64,000 bases of DNA from Leeuwenhoekiella sp. (lineage in GTDB: Bacteria > Bacteroidota > Bacteroidia > Flavobacteriales > Flavobacteriaceae): contig CAXPQP010000025.1 of NCBI GenBank assembly GCA_964219495.1, forward strand, positions 25,440 through 89,439, written 5' to 3'. Under the pieces are notes generated by a model, which was not told where the DNA came from, did no database searches, and was given only the letters and a program-made list of their open reading frames with translations. Of this stretch, positions 9,530-18,012 are shown piece by piece (within the stretch, counting starts at the first letter, position 1; every line of letters starts with the position of its first letter). Both the position numbers and the translations under genes were made by a program.

Positions 9530-10465
9530 ATGACTACAAATTCCTTACACATCGCTAATGGCGATATGCTGTTACAGCGCCTTAATGAACTCGACTTTAA
9601 GGGAGACCGAATCGTTTGGCGTGAGATGCTTTGCGAAGGACCTACAGTTGAAGAGGTAGGCTCAGATGCTTTTTTTAAAGCTCGTAAGAAGTTTTTGAAA
9701 GATAATTACGGCATATCCGAGGCAGATTATGAGGAAAAATTTGTGTCTGAACTCAAAAAACTTGAAGAACTCAACTCCTACGATCAGATTGTGCTGTGGT
9801 TTGAGTTTGACTTATTTTGTCACGTAAATATGTTGGCAGCTATAAGTTATCTCATTCAGAACAAAAAAATAATGCCCATTTACGTCGTGTGTAGTGGCTG
9901 GGTACAAGGTGAAGCTCAACTTAAAGGACTCTCCGAACTTACCGATGAGCAATTAAGGGCTCATTATGAAAACAAACTAAAACTTACTCCAGAAGATCTT
10001 GCCATAGCCCACCACATCTGGCAATTGTATTGTGATGAGAAACCTATTGAGCTTAAAGCTGAAATTACCAAAAGCTCTAATTTCAAATATCTATCCAGCT
10101 GTCTAAGAGCACACGTAGAACGTTTCCCTAACAATCTCACAGGACTGAACACCTTAGAAACGAACATACTTAAGCTTATTGATTTGCACGACATTCCATC
10201 GGAAAAGGAATTGTGCAGATTTACGTTAAAGTATCAAGGTTATTACGGATATGGCGATGTCCAAATCGATCGAATGATTAAAGCATTAAAACCATTTTTC
10301 AAAATGGAAGATGGTAAACTGGTTTTAAACACTCAGGGTAGTGCTGTTCTTGAAGGTTCAAAAAACTTTTACTCGACGCTTAAAGACGATTCCTTTTTTG
10401 GAGGTACGCACAAATATGCCTTTCTCTACAACCCAACCAATCACGAACTGGTAAGATCTATTTAA
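9530..10465 (+). CDS. DUF1835 domain protein
   Basis: LHIANGD start, WREMLCEGP, LWFEFDLFCHVN. Confidence 0.7.
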   Translation: MTTNSLHIANGDMLLQRLNELDFKGDRIVWREMLCEGPTVEEVGSDAFFKARKKFLKDNYGISEADYEEKFVSELKKLEELNSYDQIVLWFEFDLFCHVNMLAAISYLIQNKKIMPIYVVCSGWVQGEAQLKGLSELTDEQLRAHYENKLKLTPEDLAIAHHIWQLYCDEKPIELKAEITKSSNFKYLSSCLRAHVERFPNNLTGLNTLETNILKLIDLHDIPSEKELCRFTLKYQGYYGYGDVQIDRMIKALKPFFKMEDGKLVLNTQGSAVLEGSKNFYSTLKDDSFFGGTHKYAFLYNPTNHELVRSI

Positions 10466-10466
10466 T

Positions 10467-11339
10467 ATGCCTTTAGCTCCTTCTGAACTTATTTTAAATG
10501 AAGATCAGAGTATTTATCATTTGCATTTAAGGCCAGAACACCTGGCGGATTTCATCATTACCGTTGGTGATCCTGATCGCGTGAGTGCGGTTACAAAGCA
10601 TTTTGACACAGTTGAATTTAGTACTCAAAAGCGGGAATTTAAAACTGAAACCGGTACCTATAACGGCAAACGCATTTCGGTAATTTCTACCGGAATCGGA
10701 ACAGATAATATTGACATTGTTTTTAACGAACTTGATGCATTAGCCAATATTGATTTTGAAACGCGAGAAATTCGAGAAGAAAAAAAATCGCTGAAAATCA
10801 TTCGTCTGGGAACCAGTGGAGCCATTCAACCTCAAATACCAGTCGATTCAATTTTACTTAGTAAGCGTGCAGTGGGTTTTGACGCTCTTCTACACTTTTA
10901 TCAGAGCGAAAATATACGCGATCTCAAGTTTGAAAAAGCTTTTCAAAATCACCTTCAATTAAATCCTGATAAAAGCACACCCTACGCTGTTGATGCAGAC
11001 ATTAATTTGTTGAATCACTTTAAGGGGCTTGATTATGTTGAAGGTACGACGGTGACAAATGTAGGCTTTTACGGTCCGCAGGGACGCGTTTTAAGACTGC
11101 AGACTGAAGACCCAAAACTTAATGAGAAACTGCAATCCTTTAGCTTCAGTAGTGATAAAATCACCAATCTGGAGATGGAAACTGCCGGTATTTACGGTCT
11201 GAGTAAACTATTAGGCCATCGCGCACTTTCAATTAATGCCATTCTTGCCAATCGAGCCACGGGTAGCTTCAGCCCTAATCCTTCAGAAACCGTAAATAGA
11301 ATGATTGCAGAGGCACTGGAACGCATTACTAAGCTCTAG
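10467..11339 (+). CDS. Nucleoside (uridine-type) phosphorylase, PNP_UDP_1 family
   Basis: VGDPDRV, STGIGTDN, RLGTSG, FYGPQGR, NLEMETAG. Confidence 0.88.
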   Translation: MPLAPSELILNEDQSIYHLHLRPEHLADFIITVGDPDRVSAVTKHFDTVEFSTQKREFKTETGTYNGKRISVISTGIGTDNIDIVFNELDALANIDFETREIREEKKSLKIIRLGTSGAIQPQIPVDSILLSKRAVGFDALLHFYQSENIRDLKFEKAFQNHLQLNPDKSTPYAVDADINLLNHFKGLDYVEGTTVTNVGFYGPQGRVLRLQTEDPKLNEKLQSFSFSSDKITNLEMETAGIYGLSKLLGHRALSINAILANRATGSFSPNPSETVNRMIAEALERITKL

Positions 11340-11361
11340 TTCTTTTTAACAAAAGCTTAAT

Positions 11362-11390
11362 TTTGAGCGTTAAGGGCTTTCGTATTTTTG
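11362..11390 (+). promoter_or_regulatory. Bacteroidota sigma70-type promoter of ppk1
   Basis: -33 TTTG (11362-11365) and -7 TATTTTTG (11383-11390) matching TAnnTTTG. Confidence 0.6.
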
Positions 11391-11408
11391 ACCTAAATAC
11401 AAAAGCCT

Positions 11409-13457
11409 ATGGAGACTGACCAATCGCAGCATTTAAAACACAGAGACTTAAATTGGTTGAGTTTTAATGAACGTGTGTTGCAGGAGGCCGAAGATCGTAC
11501 GAACAATCCGCTTTACGAGCGTATGAAATTTCTAGCGATCTACAGTTCTAACCTCGATGAATACTTTAGAGTACGGGTAAGTCAGTTAAGACAGATGAAG
11601 CGTATTGAGAAAAGCATACGTAAAAAGCTGTCTCTACAACCCAATAAGACGGTCAAGAAAATTTTGGCTGTTGTAAAAGAGCAACAGGAACAATTTGGAA
11701 ATATCTTCAAAAATCAAATCATTCCAGATTTAGCTAAACAAAATATAAAACTTGTAAGCGATTCTGATTTTACTTCCGTTCATGGCGAGTTGGCAGATAT
11801 TTGGTATACCACCCATCTTAAAAATTCGCTGGAAACCAAGCTGGTAAATCCGTCGAAAGACAATTCGATTTTTATCGAAAATCAAACCCTTTATTTCTGT
11901 GTGACTTTTGAAGATGATAAGCGTTTTGGTTTTGTAAAAATCCCAACAGACAGCAATTCAAGGTTTGTTGATCTGGGCAAGCATCAGGGCAACTATTATA
12001 TCACGTTTATAGATGATATAATCAGATATAAAATGCAAACGCTATTCGATCAAAAAGTAAAGGGAATTTATGAAATGAAGCTTTCGCGCGATGCCGAATT
12101 GTATATAGATGATGAACTTGATGGAATCCTGGCCGAACGCATTTATAAGTCTTTAGAACAACGCCAGGAAGGGCAACCTACGCGTTTGCTATATGATGCC
12201 AGTATGCCAAAAGACGAGGCTAAAAAGCTTCGCAAACTGCTTAATCTGGGTAAAATTGATATGATGCCAGGTGGTCGTTATCATAACTTTAATGACTTTT
12301 TAAAGTTCCCTGATCCTACTGAAAACCCAAACTTGCATTATGAAGAATTGCCTTTCATTCCACATAGGATATTAGAAAATTCGAAAGACTATTTTGAAGC
12401 CATTCGCGAAAAAGACCAATTGGTTCATTTTCCGTTTATGAGCTTTAATTACATCGAGCGCTTTATAGAGCAGGCAGCAAAAGATCCCGATGTAACGCAC
12501 ATCAAAATTTCTTTATATCGGGTAGCTGACGAGTCTATACTTACCACAGCTCTATTGGATGCGATTGACCGTGGCAAAGATGTTACCATTTTCATTGAAG
12601 CCAAGGCTCGTTTTGATGAGAAAAATAACATCAGTTGGGGACGAAAATTTGAAGAAAAAGGAGGCCGTGTTATTTACAGTTATCCACGTATTAAGGTACA
12701 TTCAAAAATCCTGATGGTAATACGGCAGGAAGACGATAAAGCCCGCAGATATGCCTATATAGGTACTGGAAACTTTAATGGAGAAACCTCCAAAATCTAT
12801 TGCGATCACGGATTATTTACAGCTCATAGTAAAATTACCAAAGAAATTCACCGGGTTTTTAGAGTACTTGAAGGTGAACTTATTATACCGCGCAACAAAC
12901 ATTTATTAATTTCTCCCTTTACCACCCGTCGCATTTTTGAAAAACTTATTCATAATGAAATCGACGCTGCACGAGCTGGTAAACCGGCAGCAATAACTGC
13001 CAAAATAAACAGTTTGGAGGATCCTGAGATTTCGGCACTCTTATATCAGGCAAGTGCAGCAGGTGTAAAAATCAGAATGATTGTAAGAGGATTTACCTGT
13101 CTCATCCCAGGTCTAAAAGGTTTGAGTGAGAATATTGAAATGACTTCGATTGTAGATCGGTATTTAGAACACGGTCGCATTTATCTTTTTCATAATGGTG
13201 GCGATGAGCAAATGTATATGGGCTCTGCCGACTGGATGACGCGTAACCTTGACAGACGTATAGAAGTGCTTACCCCAATTTATGATCAGGATCTGTTTGA
13301 AGAATTGAGAGCTATTCTTTTTATTCAACTTCAGGATAATGTAAAAGCACGTATTCAGGATGCTGATGAGACGAACACCTTTGTTTCTAAAAAAGAGGGA
13401 GAAAATCAGGTGCGCTCCCAATATGCAATCTATGATTACTTAAAAGCAAAAAATTAA
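11409..13457 (+). CDS. ppk1: Polyphosphate kinase 1
   Basis: RDLNWLSFNERVL, SNLDEYFRVRV, KVHSK, SIVDRYLEHGR, SADWMTRNLDRRIE. Confidence 0.97.
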   Translation: METDQSQHLKHRDLNWLSFNERVLQEAEDRTNNPLYERMKFLAIYSSNLDEYFRVRVSQLRQMKRIEKSIRKKLSLQPNKTVKKILAVVKEQQEQFGNIFKNQIIPDLAKQNIKLVSDSDFTSVHGELADIWYTTHLKNSLETKLVNPSKDNSIFIENQTLYFCVTFEDDKRFGFVKIPTDSNSRFVDLGKHQGNYYITFIDDIIRYKMQTLFDQKVKGIYEMKLSRDAELYIDDELDGILAERIYKSLEQRQEGQPTRLLYDASMPKDEAKKLRKLLNLGKIDMMPGGRYHNFNDFLKFPDPTENPNLHYEELPFIPHRILENSKDYFEAIREKDQLVHFPFMSFNYIERFIEQAAKDPDVTHIKISLYRVADESILTTALLDAIDRGKDVTIFIEAKARFDEKNNISWGRKFEEKGGRVIYSYPRIKVHSKILMVIRQEDDKARRYAYIGTGNFNGETSKIYCDHGLFTAHSKITKEIHRVFRVLEGELIIPRNKHLLISPFTTRRIFEKLIHNEIDAARAGKPAAITAKINSLEDPEISALLYQASAAGVKIRMIVRGFTCLIPGLKGLSENIEMTSIVDRYLEHGRIYLFHNGGDEQMYMGSADWMTRNLDRRIEVLTPIYDQDLFEELRAILFIQLQDNVKARIQDADETNTFVSKKEGENQVRSQYAIYDYLKAKN

Positions 13458-13461
13458 ACCA

Positions 13462-14280
13462 ATGACACGTTTACGAGTGGGCGGAGTGCCTGAACATTTT
13501 AATCTCCCTATACATTTATGCATTGAAGAAGGTTTATTCAATGCTGAAGGTCTCGAGGTAGAATGGGTAGAATTTCCGGGAGGAACCGGGGCTATGAATG
13601 CTGCATTGCGTGATGATGAGATAGATATAGCCGTTATACTTACTGAAGGTATTATTAAAGATATTGCAAATGGCAACCCCTCTAAGATTATACAAAACTA
13701 TGTTTCAAGTCCGTTAATCTGGGGAGTTCACGTAGCAGCGGAGAGTGATTTTAAAACCATTGAAGATCTCAAAAATGCCAGACCTGCAATTAGCAGATTT
13801 GGTTCAGGGTCTCACGTAATGGCGTATGTACAGGCACAGCAATTAGGCTGGGATACCTCAAAATTAGAATGTGTTGTGGTAAACACGTTAGATAATGCTA
13901 TCGTCGCATTACAAAAAGGAGAAGCAGATTATTTCATGTGGGAACACTTTACAACAAAACCATTTGTAGATAAAGGTATATTCCGTAGAGTTTCAGATTT
14001 CCCAACACCGTGGTCTAGTTTTGTTTTTGCTGCTACTCAACAAATCTTAAATACAAATAACAGGGAGATCTCAACATTTCTCAAAGTCGTCAATTTTAAA
14101 TCTAAACAGTTTAAATCGATCAAGGATATTGACCAAATTTTGGCAAAACGTTATAATCAGGAAATGGTAGATATACAGAAATGGTTATCCCTCACAAACT
14201 GGTCACAAAGTGCTCTCCCTCAGGAAGAAAATAATCTGGTAATTGAATATTTAAAGCGTTTAAATATGATAAAAATATAA
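13462..14280 (+). CDS. Type-2 periplasmic-binding-fold protein (NMT1/THI5 or Ca3427-like) lacking a signal peptide
   Basis: LRVGGVPEHF, PGGTGAM, SRFGSGSH, FMWEHFTTKP, PTPWSSF; no N-terminal hydrophobic stretch. Confidence 0.7.
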   Translation: MTRLRVGGVPEHFNLPIHLCIEEGLFNAEGLEVEWVEFPGGTGAMNAALRDDEIDIAVILTEGIIKDIANGNPSKIIQNYVSSPLIWGVHVAAESDFKTIEDLKNARPAISRFGSGSHVMAYVQAQQLGWDTSKLECVVVNTLDNAIVALQKGEADYFMWEHFTTKPFVDKGIFRRVSDFPTPWSSFVFAATQQILNTNNREISTFLKVVNFKSKQFKSIKDIDQILAKRYNQEMVDIQKWLSLTNWSQSALPQEENNLVIEYLKRLNMIKI

Positions 14281-14401
14281 TATTACCCTGAATAGTATTT
14301 AACGAACATTTAATGAAACTTTTACATTTAATTGTCTCATTCCTAGAAAAATATTGCACACTTTTGTACTAAAGCAATCAAACACAATAAATCTTTTAAA
14401 C

Positions 14402-14563
14402 ATGGTTACCTTTTTTACAATTTTGGGTGTTCTGCTATTGGTTAACATTTTACTTTTCAAGTTTAGTGTAGCAGGAGGTTCAACTAAAAAACCGAAAAAA
14501 CGTGTAGCCCCTATTCAAACAACGTTTAAAGAATCTGCTTACGCTCTAAATAAAGCGTCTTAA
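14402..14563 (+). CDS. Small single-pass membrane protein (53 aa from ATG 14402)
   Basis: Hydrophobic N-terminus MVTFFTILGVLLLVNILLFKF, basic tail; own upstream region and terminator. Confidence 0.6.
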   Translation: MVTFFTILGVLLLVNILLFKFSVAGGSTKKPKKRVAPIQTTFKESAYALNKAS

Positions 14564-14591
14564 GTAGAGTCTGATTGAAACCAAACCCCAC

Positions 14592-14626
14592 AAAAAATGC
14601 CCTGAAAAATCAGGGCATTTTTTTTT
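14592..14626. terminator. Bidirectional intrinsic terminator between the microprotein and ung
   Basis: AAAAAATGCCCTGA-AAAA-TCAGGGCATTTTTTTTT between convergent genes. Confidence 0.9.
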
Positions 14627-14628
14627 AA

Positions 14629-15294
14629 TTACCAGTTTATAGGCTGCTTTCCTTCCTGAGCAAGAGTAGAATTTACCTCACTGAAATGTCTATTCCCAAA
14701 CCAATATCCCCGATTGGCACTAAGTGGGGAAGGATGACCACTTGTGAAAATCTTATGCTTAGAGCCATCTATTTTTGAGGCTTTCTTTTTTGCAAAACCG
14801 CCCCATAATAAAAAGATCACTCCTTCCCTTTTCTCTGAAATAGCACTAATAACGGAATCTGTAAAGGTTTCCCACCCTTTTCCCTGATGCGAACCAGCCT
14901 GATGGGCTCGTACTGTTAATGTTGCATTCAGAAGAAGTACACCCTGCTTTGCCCAATGTTCCAGGTTTCCATTATTTGGAAACGGCTTATTCAAATCTGT
15001 CTCCAATTCTTTAAAAATATTAATTAATGAAGGAGGCATTGCAATTCCTTCAGGTACAGAAAAGCAAAGTCCATGAGCCTGACCCGGCCCGTGATAGGGA
15101 TCCTGCCCTAAAATAACCACTTTAACCTCGTTAAAAGGACAATGATCAAAAGCTTTAAAAATATCTTTCCCTTTAGGATAGCAGGTATGATTAGTATACT
15201 CTTCCCGCACAAAATCGGTGAGTGATTTAAAATAGGGTTTATCAAATTCAGGTTCTAAAATAGCTTTCCAGCTGGAGTGTATGTCAACGTTCAT
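14629..15294 (-). CDS. ung: Uracil-DNA glycosylase family 1
   Basis: GQDPYH, HPSPLS, VLLLNATLTV. Confidence 0.97.
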   Translation of the reverse strand: MNVDIHSSWKAILEPEFDKPYFKSLTDFVREEYTNHTCYPKGKDIFKAFDHCPFNEVKVVILGQDPYHGPGQAHGLCFSVPEGIAMPPSLINIFKELETDLNKPFPNNGNLEHWAKQGVLLLNATLTVRAHQAGSHQGKGWETFTDSVISAISEKREGVIFLLWGGFAKKKASKIDGSKHKIFTSGHPSPLSANRGYWFGNRHFSEVNSTLAQEGKQPINW

Positions 15295-15367
15295 GAATAT
15301 CTTAAATTTACACTGCTGAATGAAATCAAGTTTAAAATTCAGCAGGCCTTAAAATTAGGCATTTGCT

Positions 15368-17542
15368 ATGATAAAAATTCACCCTAAAACCCTTGCAGAT
15401 TTAGAGTTTCATACCGTTTGTTCTCAGGTAAGTGCACTTTGTATTACCGAAAAAGGCAAACTCAAAACCCTTAAACTGCAACCTCAACGCAGCTTTAAGA
15501 AAACCCTGTTTGTTCTTGATCAAACACAGGAATATATAAATTCGGATACCCACGAGACTCCAATCCCCAATCACGGTTTTGATGCGCTCGATCACGAACT
15601 CAAAATGCTGAGTATTGAAGATACTACTCTTGAACTGGGTAGTTTCCGGAAGATTGGTAGCCTGTCTGAAACAGCAAATAATCATCTACGCTATTTTAGA
15701 AAATTTCAGGAGACCTTCCCGGCTCTCTACAATACAGTTCGCAATACCGAATATACCACTGCAATCACCGATGAGATTTCGAGAATAATAGATCGATTTG
15801 GAGAAATTAAAGATGATGCCACTCCCCTGCTTCAGCAGACGCGTAGAAGTATTAATATCGTTAAGGGTAAGATTAACAGCAGTTTTGCCAAAGCTCTTTC
15901 AGAATACTCGTCTTATGGTTATCTCGATGAGATTAGAGAATCTATTGTAGACAACGTTCGCGTTTTGGCTGTAACAGCTATGCACCGTCGCAAGGTGAAA
16001 GGCTCTATAATGGGCAATTCTAAGACGGGAAGTATTGTTTACATTCAGCCTGAAGCAACGCAGCAAGCGCAACGCGAACTGAACAATCTACTTTATGATG
16101 AGCATGAAGAAGTAAAGCGTATTCTAAAAGCGCTCACCAACTTCGTACGCCCTTTCTCGCCTTTGCTCAAAGATTATCAAAAGCTACTGAGTACGATTGA
16201 TGTTATTTCTGCAAAAGCGAAATACGCCAGGAAACTTAATGCTGTTTTGCCAAAAATCACACAGAATCGCGAACTGGAAATCAAAGAAGCGTATCACCCG
16301 TTATTATATTTAACCAATCAAAAAAGAGGAGAAAAAACCTTTCCGCAAGACATAAGTCTGGATCCAGAAAATCGCATTATTGTGATTAGTGGTCCTAACG
16401 CCGGGGGTAAAAGTATAACCTTGAAAACGGTTGGCCTGTTGCAGGTTATGTTGCAAAGCGGATTGCTTGTACCGGTTCATGAGTATTCCAGATTTTGTCT
16501 ATTTGAGAAAATCCTGACCGATATTGGTGATAATCAAAGTATCGAAAACCACCTGAGTACGTACAGCTACCGCTTGAAAAATATGAATTATTTCCTGCGG
16601 AAATGTGACGAAAATACCCTTTTCCTAATTGATGAATTTGGTACTGGTAGTGATCCTGAATTGGGCGGCGCTCTGGCAGAAACTTTTCTCGAAGTTTTTT
16701 ATGAGCGGGGCAGTTATGGTATTATAACTACCCATTACGCCAATCTCAAAATGATGGCTAATGAGACCGCAGCGATTACTAATGCCAATATGCTCTTCGA
16801 TTCGCGCACTTTAGAACCGCTTTACAAATTGTATGTAGGTGAAGCTGGTAGTTCGTTTACCTTTGAAGTTGCACAAAAAAATGGAATTCCCTACTCGCTC
16901 ATCAACCGTTCTAAAAAGAAAGTAGAACGCGGCAAAATACGTTTTGATAAAAGTATTGCAGATCTGCAAAAAGAGCGTAGCAAGTTGGCAAAAACAACAA
17001 ATTCTCTTAAGACAAAAGAACAGCTGGCCCAAAAACAACAGCAGGAACTCGATAAAACCAATGCCCGCATTCAGGAAAAATTAGAGAGTTATCAGGAGTT
17101 ATATGACAGCAATCAACGGCTTATATATTTAGGCCAAAAGCTAGACGATCTAAGCGATAAGTTTTTTACAAACAAAAACAAAAAACAGCTTATGGACGAG
17201 CTTTATAAAGTGGTTCAGATCGAAAACTCCAAACGTGTCAAGCAATCTGCTCGCGAAAAACGAGCTCAAAAAGCCAAAGAACGTAAAGTAAAGCAGGAAG
17301 CTGAGAAAAAGGTTGAAGTTATACGCGAGAAGAAAAAAGAGCAAAAGCAAAAAGCCATAAAAATAGAGGCTGAAAAACCCAAAGTAGAATTAAAAATCGG
17401 AGATCGTGTACGCCTTCCAGATGGTCGTGCTACAGGTACGCTAGATAAGATAGAAAAGGGTAAGGCAACCGTAAATTATGGTATGTTTACCACTCAGGTT
17501 GATCTGGATACACTTGAATTTGTTTTAAGACCTAAAAAATGA
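15368..17542 (+). CDS. mutS2: MutS2-family ATPase without C-terminal Smr domain
   Basis: ISGPNAGGKS Walker A, LIDEFGTGSDP, TTHY; coiled coil and KOW-like end. Confidence 0.9.
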   Translation: MIKIHPKTLADLEFHTVCSQVSALCITEKGKLKTLKLQPQRSFKKTLFVLDQTQEYINSDTHETPIPNHGFDALDHELKMLSIEDTTLELGSFRKIGSLSETANNHLRYFRKFQETFPALYNTVRNTEYTTAITDEISRIIDRFGEIKDDATPLLQQTRRSINIVKGKINSSFAKALSEYSSYGYLDEIRESIVDNVRVLAVTAMHRRKVKGSIMGNSKTGSIVYIQPEATQQAQRELNNLLYDEHEEVKRILKALTNFVRPFSPLLKDYQKLLSTIDVISAKAKYARKLNAVLPKITQNRELEIKEAYHPLLYLTNQKRGEKTFPQDISLDPENRIIVISGPNAGGKSITLKTVGLLQVMLQSGLLVPVHEYSRFCLFEKILTDIGDNQSIENHLSTYSYRLKNMNYFLRKCDENTLFLIDEFGTGSDPELGGALAETFLEVFYERGSYGIITTHYANLKMMANETAAITNANMLFDSRTLEPLYKLYVGEAGSSFTFEVAQKNGIPYSLINRSKKKVERGKIRFDKSIADLQKERSKLAKTTNSLKTKEQLAQKQQQELDKTNARIQEKLESYQELYDSNQRLIYLGQKLDDLSDKFFTNKNKKQLMDELYKVVQIENSKRVKQSAREKRAQKAKERKVKQEAEKKVEVIREKKKEQKQKAIKIEAEKPKVELKIGDRVRLPDGRATGTLDKIEKGKATVNYGMFTTQVDLDTLEFVLRPKK

Positions 17543-17940
17543 CCGAGGATAAAATCATTCTTTTTGATGGGGTTTGCAATTTGTGTAATGGCGCAATTAA
17601 TTTTATAATTAAGCATGATTCTAAAGCACAGTTTAAGTTCGCATCCCTTCAGGGAGCAACCGGACAAAAACTTCTTGCGAAGCATCACATCAATCCTAAA
17701 GAAACCGATTCTATCGTTTTGATAGAACCCGAGCGCGTCTCTGTAAAATCTTCGGCAGCCCTGCGCATTGCCAAATACTTGAACGAAGGCTATCCCCTGC
17801 TCTACGGTTTTATGATCATTCCGGGTTTTATTAGAAATGCGGTTTATGACTTTATCGCCGCCAACCGCTACAAGTGGTTTGGTAAAAAAGACAGCTGTAT
17901 GATGCCTACTCCCGAGCTTAAAAGCCGATTTCTAGATTAA
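17539..17940 (+). CDS. DCC1-like thiol-disulfide oxidoreductase (DUF393)
   Basis: FDGVCNLC, FASLQG, YDFIAANRYKWFGK. Confidence 0.9.
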   Translation: MTEDKIILFDGVCNLCNGAINFIIKHDSKAQFKFASLQGATGQKLLAKHHINPKETDSIVLIEPERVSVKSSAALRIAKYLNEGYPLLYGFMIIPGFIRNAVYDFIAANRYKWFGKKDSCMMPTPELKSRFLD

Positions 17941-18012
17941 CAAATTGAGATATCTTTAGTAAACGTATATTAAACTAAAGTTTTCGTTTATTTTTAAGAA
18001 AACTTTCAATTT

